From a virus (Duplodnaviria > Heunggongvirae > Uroviricota > Caudoviricetes): DNA of 64,000 nt. The position numbers and the translations under genes are program-made. The notes beneath the pieces were generated by a model. It had not been told where the DNA came from. It was given only the letters and a program-made list of their open reading frames with translations, and ran no database searches. Location of the stretch: the IMG/VR virus record IMGVR_UViG_3300013004_000034; one strand, given 5' to 3'. How positions within the stretch are numbered: the first letter of the stretch is position 1; every line of letters begins with the position of its first letter. Of this stretch, positions 53,132-63,959 are shown piece after piece.

Positions 53132-54913
53132 TCAAATAGCTATTCCAGTTCGTGTGAACTTGACTATCACATTGTTTGATATCGGTGTGTATCTTAGATT
53201 GAGAACGCCAACGGATATAGCAGCATTGAATATGCCCATAGCAGCATTGGTTGTAATTGTGGCATACTCTGTGATGAATGCAGTTGTTGCATCTTGCACC
53301 AGTAAAAGCTTTGTAATCTGATGACTATTGGCAGGAGCAGTTGTATCCGAAGTCTGAATTAAGTATTCTACAGTTCTAAAACCGGTGGTAGAAAATGAAT
53401 CAATTGTTGCCATAGTATTACTATTGGTAAATGTATAAGATCCTGTACCTCTAGTGCTAAGTGAGCTAGTACCTTGTACTATTTGATTAGCAACTATGAG
53501 TGAACTGCTAGTAGTCAAATTGCCGGTAAAGATACCAGTATTACTGAATGTGGCATTGCCTGTGATAGTTATAGAATTAGAGAATGTGGCATTACCGGTA
53601 ACAGTCAGTGTTCTAGCAACTGTAGCTGTATTCAGAGTAGCTACATTATTTACAAATAGGTTAGCACTATAAGTTGTGAGCCAATAAAGTGTTGGGCTAC
53701 CTAGACTGTACGTAACATTTGCTGTAGGAAGTATATCACCAGTAGAACTTCCTGCATATACTAGACTTCCGGTTACTTGAAGATCCCCACCCACCTTAAG
53801 TGTACCTGCTACATTAGCACCACCTACAGTGTATAGACTGCCTACATTTGCTTCATTTGTTACTGATATTCTGTTACTAAATGTGGCATTACCGGCTACA
53901 CTTATATTTCCGCCTACCGTTACATTACCTGCTAAGTTAGCTAGTCCCGATGTAACATTTAACGTTGCCGTGTTAACCGCCCCGGATATAACTGCTGCAG
54001 CAGCATTGACTATTAAAGCTACATTAATTGAGTTACTAAATGTGGCATTACCTACAACTCCCAGAGTACTAGACAAATTAGCAGCACCGGTAACTCCAAT
54101 AGTTGATAGTAGATTTGCAGCACCAGATACACGTATTGTCGACAACAAATTAGCTGAACCAGTTAATACAGTAGAATTAGCAACACTTAGTGTATTGCTC
54201 AGTGTTACATTACCAGTTACCGATAAGGTATTGCTCAGTGTTACATTACCAGTTACCGATAAGGTATTGCTCAGTGTTACATTACCAGTTACCGATAAGG
54301 TATTGCTCAGTGTTACATTACCTGTAACTGTCAGATTGTTAGTAAGAGCAACGTTGCCAACAATAGTTGTATTAGCAGTATTAGCAATGATCACCGGACC
54401 AGATGCAGAATTGGTAATACTAATGGCATTGAATGATGAGTTTGATCTGAAAACAATATTAGCGCTAGTAGTGAGTACATCATTTGCAGTTAGAGCCACA
54501 GTATTTGATGCAACATTTACTGCAAGAGAATTTACAGTAAGAGCGGCACCGCCAATTTGCACATTTTCATTAGTCTGAATGCTTACGGTATTAGTCTGAA
54601 CCGAAAGAGCTGTAGCTGTTGAATTGGATTGGATGGTAACAAGATTGGAGGTGCTATATCTAAATGCAGTGTTGGAAAGTACGTACAGAGTGCCGTTAGT
54701 AGATACATTACCACCTACTAAGCCTTCAGATGCATAGAGATAGTTTACTCCAAAATAGCCGTTTACATATGCGTTACCTGTTGTTAACGACCCACCGGCA
54801 GTTGTATCAACTGTTACTGCATTGGCCGAGATTATTCTGGCCAGAATATTTGTTGTAGTTAACCAAGACAAAAATGTCTGATTACTTTGTACATTTGCTA
54901 CACTGATCGTCAT
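53132..54913 (-). CDS. tail fiber protein with exact tandem peptide repeats
   Basis: LSNTLSVTGNVT occurs four times, encoded by a 36-bp tandem DNA repeat. Confidence 0.45.
   Translation of the reverse strand: MTISVANVQSNQTFLSWLTTTNILARIISANAVTVDTTAGGSLTTGNAYVNGYFGVNYLYASEGLVGGNVSTNGTLYVLSNTAFRYSTSNLVTIQSNSTATALSVQTNTVSIQTNENVQIGGAALTVNSLAVNVASNTVALTANDVLTTSANIVFRSNSSFNAISITNSASGPVIIANTANTTIVGNVALTNNLTVTGNVTLSNTLSVTGNVTLSNTLSVTGNVTLSNTLSVTGNVTLSNTLSVANSTVLTGSANLLSTIRVSGAANLLSTIGVTGAANLSSTLGVVGNATFSNSINVALIVNAAAAVISGAVNTATLNVTSGLANLAGNVTVGGNISVAGNATFSNRISVTNEANVGSLYTVGGANVAGTLKVGGDLQVTGSLVYAGSSTGDILPTANVTYSLGSPTLYWLTTYSANLFVNNVATLNTATVARTLTVTGNATFSNSITITGNATFSNTGIFTGNLTTSSSLIVANQIVQGTSSLSTRGTGSYTFTNSNTMATIDSFSTTGFRTVEYLIQTSDTTAPANSHQITKLLLVQDATTAFITEYATITTNAAMGIFNAAISVGVLNLRYTPISNNVIVKFTRTGIAI
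54195..54345. repeat. 36-bp tandem repeat (about 4 copies) inside the fiber gene
   Basis: The unit GTATTGCTCAGTGTTACATTACCAGTTACCGATAAG is repeated head to tail. Confidence 0.7.
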
Positions 54914-55170
54914 GAGCCTAAGCGCTCCAATAGCTGTTTAAGTAGTGATTTGATCTCAAGCATATCAGACTCTATTGTCTCTTGCCTCTCTAACAAAGAG
55001 CGCATCCTGAACTTCTCGTCTCTAATTTGCTTGTATTTATTTAATTCAGTTTGGTTCGTGTTGAGCACAGCTTTACTGTTTCTTGCACGAACCAAATCCG
55101 GATTGTCTTTTACTTTTAAGAACTCTGGTTTCATATCAGATTTGTAGAGCCAGAGTTCGCATATCAGCAA
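54910..55170 (-). CDS. small coiled-coil protein (fiber assembly/chaperone?)
   Basis: 86 aa and helical. Confidence 0.3.
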   Translation of the reverse strand: MLICELWLYKSDMKPEFLKVKDNPDLVRARNSKAVLNTNQTELNKYKQIRDEKFRMRSLLERQETIESDMLEIKSLLKQLLERLGS

Positions 55171-57652
55171 CTCGAGGAATTATTTGAGTAGAGTCTGATG
55201 TTAGAACTATCTTTATTGCAAATGTCTTATAGCTATCAAATGTACTATCACTCGATCTACAAACATACCTAACAATACCATTGTTCAAGTTGTTCCGGAA
55301 TGCATTACACTGAGCCATCATTTCTGGCATATAACCAATTGCAGCATTTGCCGATACGAATGTCAAGTTAGAAGCCGCAATGAGTGCTGTAGTATTTGGC
55401 ACCTCAACAATCCTTCTTACAGCAAATGTCTTAGTTGTGGTATCGGACACGTATACAAACATACCTGGTGTGAATGATTCTGTGGTCTTGGAATTGGTAA
55501 AGTTTATGATAGCACTAGTAGTATTAATAGAGATATTTGAAGTATGGACTGCTACAGTCTGAGGTAATTCAAACTTTAGTTCCACGTAGTCGTCTTTGTT
55601 AACAAGACTACTGAATAGAGTCTCCGTTGTATTAATCATAGGAGTCCATGACTTATCATCGAATGGATCACTGTCCGCTGCATTCAACAACTTACCGTAA
55701 ACCTCAATATCAGTACCAGGCGGTCTGTACGCGGTCAAGAACGCCACCATATCTTCGGAGTCCTGACCTTCTGCTAGTATTACTGTCTTTGACACATATC
55801 TAGATGGCATTTTAGAACCATTACCAAGAGCTTCATTGAATACTTTGACTGCAGTTACATTTGCCGTAATACCGCCTTCTCCAGTTACTATACTAGTTGC
55901 ATTTGTATTGAACTGAGCTAGCAAACTACTATTACTTCCAGATATATTATATACAGTGATAAAGCTGCTATTGGAGAATAATACTTTACCAACTGTATTT
56001 GAAGTTGCATTTGCTTGCCATACCGTAGTATCTACATTAAATTTGCCATTGGCATTTTCTATATTCAAATAGTAACCAGTTAGATTATCAGTAGATAGTA
56101 TCTTATTTGATGTAACAATAGCATTTGTTCTGATCAAGTCAATATACGGTGAAAATTTTGAAGTAGAGGATGATAGATTTGTTTGCACCACTAGCGTATT
56201 GTTGCCATTGAAAGGAGACAATACTTCTGCACTCTTAGAATAAATGAATCTTTCATTGTCAATGAATTCATATGGTACTTCATTGATTATGTTACTATAG
56301 TTTGAATCAGATATACCGCTATTACTATAGCCTTTAAAGCTAAAAGCTATAGTTGAATCCTTTGAGTCTATAGCAGATATTTGAGATGTTATTGAATCAT
56401 AGTATATGCTGGCAAGACTGGTCATATTTGCTGTAGTACCAGAGTCTACACCTATCAGAATTTGATTTGCCGAACTTGCAAAGTTTTGAGTAGTATTAGC
56501 ATTTGAACCATGCAAACCTATAAATGCAAAATTCTTAGATCTTATATCAAATGATAGAAGACCAAAAAGATTACCATCGGACTTGATTCTTCCATGCACA
56601 GCATCAGATTCGGTATAGCTTATATTTCTGTCTAATGTAACTTCTCTATTAGTAGTATTAACACCTACTACTTTAGCCACTTGTACATTTGACCAAGTCG
56701 ACTTTCCAACATAGATAAAGTTACCTACAGTAAAATCAGAGTCAGGAGTAGTTGTCGCCGCAACTGTAATGATACTATTACCGGATGATGTAACTACATT
56801 TGTAAATGCTGCGGTTGGATTTGCAGTTGTAAATGCCGAAGTCAGTCCCTTGAGTCCGCTACCTGTAGTAGAGAACTTTTGTGTTCCGCCGACATCCTTT
56901 AAACGTACCGCTGTTGTATTTGCAAAGTACACAGTACCGTATGATGTTGCAGATACAATATTTGTAGCAGTATTAGGCTGTACAACAATTTCACCAACTG
57001 TAAATGGAGTACCCATTGCTGAAACCGACATTGAAGCAAGCCTCAAGTAGTTATTAGAGACCATTACTCTTTCGTTAGTAGCAAAACCACCGGTTGGTAT
57101 AGACGTATTAAAGAATTCTAGATCTGCAGATTGGAATACAGCTGTGCCACTTGAACTATTAAAGCTAGCAGTGACTAATGAAAACTTCAAGCACTCATTC
57201 TGAATAGGCGTATAGCTCAAATCATTTGAAGGAGCATATAAGTTACCTACATTATTTGGAAATACCACAAGTGAGCCTGCAGTTGAAGGTGTAACATCTA
57301 TCCCATCTCTCTTTGCAGTCCATAGCGAGTACTCAGGAGAGCCGCCGGCTGAAATCACGGCAATTGCCACAAGTTCATTAGTTCGAACCAATACAGGAGT
57401 ATCAAATGTAAATCTAGTAGCAGTTGATCCGTCCGAGCTTACACTGATTGCTGATGCTGGCAATCTCTTGGATGCATAAGGAAGTTGCTTGGATAGCGGA
57501 ACACCATTTAAAGTTTCTCTTATTTGAACTTCAACTCCCATAGTAGTTATCGAAGACTTTGCCCTAAAATACAGATCAATAGCGGTCACAAAAACCGCTT
57601 CTGATCCTGTATTTGGTTCATTTATCAAGAAAGTCTGTGCTAATGGTCTCAT
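55136..57652 (-). CDS. large virion structural protein (baseplate/fiber)
   Basis: 838 aa with S/T/N-rich beta composition, in the structural operon. Confidence 0.4.
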   Translation of the reverse strand: MRPLAQTFLINEPNTGSEAVFVTAIDLYFRAKSSITTMGVEVQIRETLNGVPLSKQLPYASKRLPASAISVSSDGSTATRFTFDTPVLVRTNELVAIAVISAGGSPEYSLWTAKRDGIDVTPSTAGSLVVFPNNVGNLYAPSNDLSYTPIQNECLKFSLVTASFNSSSGTAVFQSADLEFFNTSIPTGGFATNERVMVSNNYLRLASMSVSAMGTPFTVGEIVVQPNTATNIVSATSYGTVYFANTTAVRLKDVGGTQKFSTTGSGLKGLTSAFTTANPTAAFTNVVTSSGNSIITVAATTTPDSDFTVGNFIYVGKSTWSNVQVAKVVGVNTTNREVTLDRNISYTESDAVHGRIKSDGNLFGLLSFDIRSKNFAFIGLHGSNANTTQNFASSANQILIGVDSGTTANMTSLASIYYDSITSQISAIDSKDSTIAFSFKGYSNSGISDSNYSNIINEVPYEFIDNERFIYSKSAEVLSPFNGNNTLVVQTNLSSSTSKFSPYIDLIRTNAIVTSNKILSTDNLTGYYLNIENANGKFNVDTTVWQANATSNTVGKVLFSNSSFITVYNISGSNSSLLAQFNTNATSIVTGEGGITANVTAVKVFNEALGNGSKMPSRYVSKTVILAEGQDSEDMVAFLTAYRPPGTDIEVYGKLLNAADSDPFDDKSWTPMINTTETLFSSLVNKDDYVELKFELPQTVAVHTSNISINTTSAIINFTNSKTTESFTPGMFVYVSDTTTKTFAVRRIVEVPNTTALIAASNLTFVSANAAIGYMPEMMAQCNAFRNNLNNGIVRYVCRSSDSTFDSYKTFAIKIVLTSDSTQIIPRVADMRTLALQI

Positions 57653-57694
57653 ATAAATCTTCTACCTCTTAAAGTAAATTTACTATAGTATGTA

Positions 57695-60600
57695 TTATGC
57701 ATCACCCATGCCATTTCCGCTTCCGTCGTCTCCGCCATTATCAGATCCCGGATCTGAAGAAGTACCACCATCACCAATACCTTCACCTGCTGCGGCGCCG
57801 CCTGCAACACCGTCACTAGCACTAGCAGGATCCGCCCCAATGCCTTCACCTACTGCAGCGCCGCCGGACGGTGTGCCCGGGTCAAAACTATCAGGATTAA
57901 AGGATCCGTAGTCATTACTTGTATCAGTATATTCACCAGTGTTTGAATTTGAATCAGAGCCGCTTGGCGACCATGGTGGTTCCGAATTAATTGGTGGAAG
58001 TATAACTGATGGCTGTTGGACTACGTTCTGGTTATTAGTTATATTATTTACAATGGTCTGCTGTATATTTGTTATCTCTGTAATTTCTTGTGTAATATTG
58101 ACTACTGGTCTGATCTGCAGTTCAATCTTCTGCTTCTGAACAGATAGTGCGGTACCGTAAAATATTGCGGATGCTTGAGTAGATGCACCAGTCAATGTCA
58201 AAGTTGGAGTATCAATTAGCTTAAATTCTAGTTCCGCCGCCTTAAAGATTCTTGGTGGAATTCGAATGACTCCATAAGCATCACCATTTGTATCTGCAGT
58301 TATTGCTGAGCCCCAAGTTGTACCGTCATAATCATATTCATATACGTTTCCATATGGATCTCTTGTAAGAGGATTGCCGCTTGCATCGGAGATATGAGTA
58401 CCATTAATTAGTGTCCATGGGGCGGGACCACCACCTGTCGCGACAAATATCTTAAGAGGCATACAGATTGCGCTTACATCAGAGTCAGCAAAGAATGGAT
58501 ATAATCTAGCAAAAGGCTTCATGCCACTTGCTCTAAAGTATATGAACTGTGACTTCAGATAAGGAGCAATTGATACGTTAGTAACATATTCACCTACATT
58601 TATATTTGTATCAGTAGGTTGTGTAGTCAACTGAGAACTAATTAATTGGGTCTGATTGTCTATAGTTGTAGTAGTTTGTGAGTTAAGAGCTTCGGTTGTT
58701 AGTGAGCTAGGACCTGTTCCTAAATCGACTGCAGTCCATGCGCCCCACTGAGAATTCCAAGCCCTATCAAGATTTACCCAATTTGAATATAGATCCACAT
58801 TATTCAATACGTCCGGATTAATGCCGTAGTCAGGAGCTGTAGCACCAGCAGGACTTAGTACAACACGGCCTCTATATCCGTATACGTTACCAACTGTTAG
58901 ACTTTGAGTTGATGATGCATATTTCTGAACTTGTGTAACGTTATTGTTATAAGTTAGTGTAAGCAAAGATCCGGTTACAGCAATATTTGAACTTGAATCG
59001 GCGTTAAATACCATCGGTATCTTTGAGACCGCAAATGCAGGTCTTAGTTCATTCTTGTTTGCGTCTACTGCTATATTATATTCTTTATCAAGTGTATTTC
59101 CGATGGTGTGATCTCTGAATGGATCAACAAGGAATCCATTCTTAAATCTATTTTCACCAGTAGAACCACTTCTTACAAGAAGGTTTGTAGCTGCTTGTTC
59201 AAGTAATGATAGTGAAGTATAATATTCTAGATTATCAATTCTCTTTGCTAGAGTACCAATATCAGACATCGTATAACGCTTGGTCTGCTGAGAATTTACC
59301 TGTACAGCATAATCATATCGGTTGCTTCTTCTAGCGGTTCTGATATCAAGAGATGGATATGGTGACATATCAACTGTTCCAATGGTCATGGTACCAGCTG
59401 GTTCACCTGGCAGAACAGGACTTGTTGATGATCCACCCTCGGTTATCAGAATATCACCACTAGTGGATAGAGAAATTCTATCTTTTCTTGGTAGATAGTA
59501 CTGAATTGACGATGCTTCATATGATGAATCTGGTGTAGGGATAAACGACCCTGCAGACCCATAAGAAAATAAAGTCAACGTGGTTGTCGGATTTATAGTT
59601 GCAGATCCAACAGTGGTAGTCGAGACCGCAGTATTTTCAGCCAATGACCTAAAATCGACTGCATCTCTTAAATCAATATATTGCTTTGATGATCTAGAGA
59701 TATATGTCGGTATTTGATAAGTCTGTATAGCATTTGTATTTGCAGTATTTGCATCATCAATAGGGTACGACTTAGCAGTAAAGAAGCCAACACCTGCCGA
59801 GGTATTAAATGTAAAGTGGTCAAGATCAACAAGGAACGAAGTACTAGTACTGAATAGCCTATTTGATGTAAGATATGCTAGATCATAGTAAGCATCCTTC
59901 TGACCATTGTCAAGTGTAAAGAATGAAACAAGATCTGGATTTGTATTACTGTATGACCCTGTAGCACCAACGTATACGTGGTTAATTCTAAAGACGTCAG
60001 GTAGGCCTAAACACCATGGACCTGTTGCCCCTGCAGCATTATTTGCTAGATTAATCTTTATAAGAGCATTTCGAATTATAGTCTTACCAATAGGCGCTGT
60101 AGTATCTCTATTGACATTAAAGTAGAATGTAGAAGAAAAAGCTGGGCTAACTGACTGCCCCAACGATACAGCAGCAATGGTAGAATTTGCTACAATTGTT
60201 CTAGTTGAAGGTGCCAAATTAATAGGCACACCTGCAGGGAAAGTCTTTTTGTGTACTATCTGTGCGGCTGTATTGTTGTTGAACGCGGCATCCACATTCA
60301 TATTTGTGTTATTAACTATACTAACAATTCTACGGGTTTCGTTGTTAGCAAAGATATAATCACCTACAACATAATCGGTTGTAAAGGTGGCAGTAGCATT
60401 TCCTACTACAAGTGTATTGGAGCTGTACGCGGTAATACCCCCATTCAGCGCGGTAGAGAAACCGTTGACATTTGGTACTACTATAAAGTCTCTTTTTGAT
60501 GTAGCAGAATATGTACCGGTTGGAATTATTGAATCTGTACCACTTCCTGCAGAAGTACCTAGTCCTACTGATGCATTACCTGATGTAGTAAAGTCTGTAG

Positions 60601-62161
60601 TAAACTTATTTCTATAAGTAAATTGCTGTTCCGTAATTCCGTCAGCCTTAATAGCTTTCTGACCGAATGGAAATACCATTAGTTCACTTGTTGATTCTTG
60701 AATTCTTGCAACGTCAGCACCTACAGCGGCATCATATGTGAGTACAATGTCGGCCACAGCCTTAACAGTTGAATTGTAAAGTATTAGGCTTCTGGCATTA
60801 GATATGCTGAAACCTGGATCCATTCTTAAATTAAAGATGTAAATTAGATATGTAGCATCAGCACCTGGGATTCCAGAGTCATATGATACTCCTCGTACGT
60901 ACGCAGTTCCTATCTTTGTAGAAGTAGAGTACGAGGAATCAAGAAATGTTCTTGCAGTTATAGCGGTCTTTGCAACACTGTGAATTTCTATCTGTGCAAT
61001 CTGATCGTTATTGAAGTCGCCGCAGTATTCTTTTACCTCAAAGTAGTATCCGAAGTTAGTTGATACTACTTGATTTAATACAGTATTGTAATCAAGCCCC
61101 TTGCGAAGAGGTACAGTATTATTGTTGATAAACTCTATTCTATTACCCTTGATATAACCTACACCAGGTGAAACTACTAAGTTTAGATGAGTGGTATTTG
61201 CTTCTTTATCGGAAGCCGACATAAAGAAAGGACTGACCACATAATCACCACTGGTTTCATAAGTCCTTCTTGCTTGCTCTCTACCCAATGCTGCATATTG
61301 AGGGTCGTTCTTTATTGAGACAGGGAGACCATTTTGAAAGTCACAGACCGAAAAAAATGATGCCGTATTTGTAGAGCTAGTAACTCGAGTAATTAATGAA
61401 GGGATTAGCTTAAGTCTATGTGCACCAGGTGCTTCATAGTTTGGAGAACCGGCCGCATTATCCAGAAGTGATGTATCTATCTCCGGAGTGATGATCTCTT
61501 CTAGAGCATCAAAACCAACTGATACATTGTTCGGTTGATTATTGTACTTGGTAACAATGAGTGTCTGAGGCTCTACTCTGATGAAAAAGCCTTTCTTAAA
61601 GATCACACCTTCCGTAGTGGTAAAAGCATAACCCTTACCTGTGGAATTTGCAACTGTTGCCACCACCGCGTTTGATACAGCAACGTTTGCAGTTGTGAAT
61701 ACTTGTAGTATTTCACCATTAGCAAATACAGATTGAATTGATCCATTAGGATATGTAGCAGATTTCAGATACTTGATATACAGCGTATTGAGATCTGGAT
61801 TCTGAGATTGGAAACCCTCTACTGTATTGATGACCAGAGCTTCAAGACCATTTGCATTTCGCACAAGCTTATCATTAAGATCTACAACATTACTAATGGC
61901 AAAGTTGTTGGCGTAGTTGTCTTCTATCTTTACATAGTCATAATTGATATCAAAAGTAAATGCACATCCTTCAACTACAGATCCATCTTTGAATATATGT
62001 CTACCGAACTTGTTGATCTGATCTTGTAGAATCGACTGCGTCTGATTGAGTTCGCGAGCCTGCACCGCGGCCGCAGGTCGGAATAGGACCTCATGAAAAT
62101 TCTTATCTTCACTGAAGTCGTCAAAGTACGGCTTACGTGAAAGGTCTGTCTCTAATGTCAT
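57695..62161 (-). CDS. giant virion structural protein with an acidic G/D/S-rich C-terminal tail
   Basis: 1488 aa. The C-terminus carries a duplicated GEGIG and a DGSGNGMGDA tail. Confidence 0.4.
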   Translation of the reverse strand: MTLETDLSRKPYFDDFSEDKNFHEVLFRPAAAVQARELNQTQSILQDQINKFGRHIFKDGSVVEGCAFTFDINYDYVKIEDNYANNFAISNVVDLNDKLVRNANGLEALVINTVEGFQSQNPDLNTLYIKYLKSATYPNGSIQSVFANGEILQVFTTANVAVSNAVVATVANSTGKGYAFTTTEGVIFKKGFFIRVEPQTLIVTKYNNQPNNVSVGFDALEEIITPEIDTSLLDNAAGSPNYEAPGAHRLKLIPSLITRVTSSTNTASFFSVCDFQNGLPVSIKNDPQYAALGREQARRTYETSGDYVVSPFFMSASDKEANTTHLNLVVSPGVGYIKGNRIEFINNNTVPLRKGLDYNTVLNQVVSTNFGYYFEVKEYCGDFNNDQIAQIEIHSVAKTAITARTFLDSSYSTSTKIGTAYVRGVSYDSGIPGADATYLIYIFNLRMDPGFSISNARSLILYNSTVKAVADIVLTYDAAVGADVARIQESTSELMVFPFGQKAIKADGITEQQFTYRNKFTTDFTTSGNASVGLGTSAGSGTDSIIPTGTYSATSKRDFIVVPNVNGFSTALNGGITAYSSNTLVVGNATATFTTDYVVGDYIFANNETRRIVSIVNNTNMNVDAAFNNNTAAQIVHKKTFPAGVPINLAPSTRTIVANSTIAAVSLGQSVSPAFSSTFYFNVNRDTTAPIGKTIIRNALIKINLANNAAGATGPWCLGLPDVFRINHVYVGATGSYSNTNPDLVSFFTLDNGQKDAYYDLAYLTSNRLFSTSTSFLVDLDHFTFNTSAGVGFFTAKSYPIDDANTANTNAIQTYQIPTYISRSSKQYIDLRDAVDFRSLAENTAVSTTTVGSATINPTTTLTLFSYGSAGSFIPTPDSSYEASSIQYYLPRKDRISLSTSGDILITEGGSSTSPVLPGEPAGTMTIGTVDMSPYPSLDIRTARRSNRYDYAVQVNSQQTKRYTMSDIGTLAKRIDNLEYYTSLSLLEQAATNLLVRSGSTGENRFKNGFLVDPFRDHTIGNTLDKEYNIAVDANKNELRPAFAVSKIPMVFNADSSSNIAVTGSLLTLTYNNNVTQVQKYASSTQSLTVGNVYGYRGRVVLSPAGATAPDYGINPDVLNNVDLYSNWVNLDRAWNSQWGAWTAVDLGTGPSSLTTEALNSQTTTTIDNQTQLISSQLTTQPTDTNINVGEYVTNVSIAPYLKSQFIYFRASGMKPFARLYPFFADSDVSAICMPLKIFVATGGGPAPWTLINGTHISDASGNPLTRDPYGNVYEYDYDGTTWGSAITADTNGDAYGVIRIPPRIFKAAELEFKLIDTPTLTLTGASTQASAIFYGTALSVQKQKIELQIRPVVNITQEITEITNIQQTIVNNITNNQNVVQQPSVILPPINSEPPWSPSGSDSNSNTGEYTDTSNDYGSFNPDSFDPGTPSGGAAVGEGIGADPASASDGVAGGAAAGEGIGDGGTSSDPGSDNGGDDGSGNGMGDA

Positions 62162-62177
62162 TTAGCTGCCGGGCCCC

Positions 62178-63959
62178 TTAAAACTTTATAACCAATCTAA
62201 CTTCTTCTTTACTAGTCTCAGATCTGGTAACTGGCTGTACGTTGTCTATGTAAATTACTTTACCAGTATCTCTAATCAGTTCAGGATACTGTATCAGTGC
62301 ATAAGCATTGCAAGTACCAGTGGCGCCAGATGTTTGACCCACTATAGAATCAGAACCAGCCTGAAATCTATTTGGACCATCCACATGATTCAGCAATAGA
62401 ACAGGTACTACACTGCCAATTGTAGCGGTAGATCCTAACCCATTATTTATGGTATGTCCAGCAACAAAACTAGCGCTTTGTGTAACTCCAGTCAATTTCA
62501 AGTATGTATTATTTGCAAATGTTGTAAAGCCATATGCACCTGTAGTTGTGTCTGTAATCTTTTGCCCAGTTGAAAATGAACCGGTAGTTATAGTCATCTG
62601 AAGATCAAGTTCGTCGACACCAGATACGACAACAGCTGTTGCATTGCTGATATCTTGGACCACAGCCTCACCGTTAGTATATGCACCGGTATTTGCAGTG
62701 ATAGTAAGTCTCATTGTCTGGTTAAACTTATTACCAAACGAAGATGTTACATCTCTTGATCCATTTGCAGTTGATATTGAATTGACTACTGCATATGCAT
62801 TTACAGATGAATCATATATGGTATCGCCAGTTACAAACTTACCAACCACATTGCTCAATACAATAGATGTATTGGTTAGAAGTTGTGTAACTTCACCACT
62901 AGCACCAGAACCAACCTGTGATAAGATCTCTGCAAGACTATCAGAAGTTACTTGGAATCTGATTATCTCTTGTGAACTTACATTGGCAGTAGTATTGCTA
63001 TAGTAACTGATTATTTGAGCATTGCTTGCACCAAATTCGCCAAGCACACTCTTTACTTGCAATGTCGTATTATTACCGCTTACTACAACACCTGCGGCTT
63101 TTGTAGACGGTTGTACAACTACTTCACCTGGATACCAGGTTGTTACACCTGCTGGTGGGCTAGTTGTTGCTTTATTATTGATAACTAAATTTACTCTATC
63201 AAATGACTGCAATGTTACCCTTACATCGGCAAATTCTGGATTCTCTATGATTCCTATCTTTCGGAAGCTTCCATATGTAGGATAGAAGAAACCTTCATTG
63301 ATACCGGTATCAAAGGTAGAAGTAACACCAACATATCTACTACCTAACTCAGATACAGCATCTTTACCGTGACCACCTACAGGAGCTATTACAGCATTTG
63401 CACTAGCCCCAAGTCCAAAGCTTGTATTAGAGTAGATCGTTACATTGGCATGTGTATATCCCTGGCCAGGAGCAATTACTTCCACTCCGACAATATCATT
63501 AACTGAACCAAATGCATTATTGACAATTGCAATTGCTTTAGCATCAGTTCCATCTCCGGAAATTTCAACTGTAGGCGCTATCTGATATTCGGTTTGATCA
63601 TTAGGTAGAGTTGTAACAGCAATAATAATAGCATTTCCAGTATAGCCGGCAGCTGCTGCATTGAGCTTAAAGTTCATTGGGAAGCCAAGAACAAACTCAC
63701 CAGTAGGATCACTTATTGTTAGATTAGGATTGCTGTCAATTGATACTATTTCACTCTTCTGTAGGGTTGAAGATCCAAGAGCAAATAAGCCTGCAATCCA
63801 TGGTCCGCCTACAGCCGACAAGTAAACAGTTGAACTATTGGCAAATGCCACAATTGCGTTGGCGCCGGCGGCGGTATTTGCTGAAGTTACTTGAGTTACC
63901 TGTTCACCGATTTTAAACGATACCCCTGCAAGGGTTGAATTACTTATGGTCAACTTCAA
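62178..63959 (-). CDS. large structural protein (N-terminus possibly beyond the window)
   Basis: 593+ aa, beta-rich. The frame may extend past position 64000. Confidence 0.35.
   Translation of the reverse strand: MKLTISNSTLAGVSFKIGEQVTQVTSANTAAGANAIVAFANSSTVYLSAVGGPWIAGLFALGSSTLQKSEIVSIDSNPNLTISDPTGEFVLGFPMNFKLNAAAAGYTGNAIIIAVTTLPNDQTEYQIAPTVEISGDGTDAKAIAIVNNAFGSVNDIVGVEVIAPGQGYTHANVTIYSNTSFGLGASANAVIAPVGGHGKDAVSELGSRYVGVTSTFDTGINEGFFYPTYGSFRKIGIIENPEFADVRVTLQSFDRVNLVINNKATTSPPAGVTTWYPGEVVVQPSTKAAGVVVSGNNTTLQVKSVLGEFGASNAQIISYYSNTTANVSSQEIIRFQVTSDSLAEILSQVGSGASGEVTQLLTNTSIVLSNVVGKFVTGDTIYDSSVNAYAVVNSISTANGSRDVTSSFGNKFNQTMRLTITANTGAYTNGEAVVQDISNATAVVVSGVDELDLQMTITTGSFSTGQKITDTTTGAYGFTTFANNTYLKLTGVTQSASFVAGHTINNGLGSTATIGSVVPVLLLNHVDGPNRFQAGSDSIVGQTSGATGTCNAYALIQYPELIRDTGKVIYIDNVQPVTRSETSKEEVRLVIKF

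Noticed and set aside
54195-54345. CRISPR array suggested by exact 36-bp direct repeats
   Set aside because: The repeats are strictly tandem with no spacers, lie inside a coding sequence and encode a peptide repeat. No cas genes are present.
57649-57849. 66-aa ORF bridging the two giant structural genes
   Set aside because: It fully overlaps the 3' end of the 1488-aa gene in another frame, and its composition is a translation artifact of the Gly/Pro-rich region.
45184-63959. Diversity-generating retroelement targeting the repetitive fiber genes
   Set aside because: There is no reverse-transcriptase ORF and no template/variable repeat pair with adenine-specific differences in the window.
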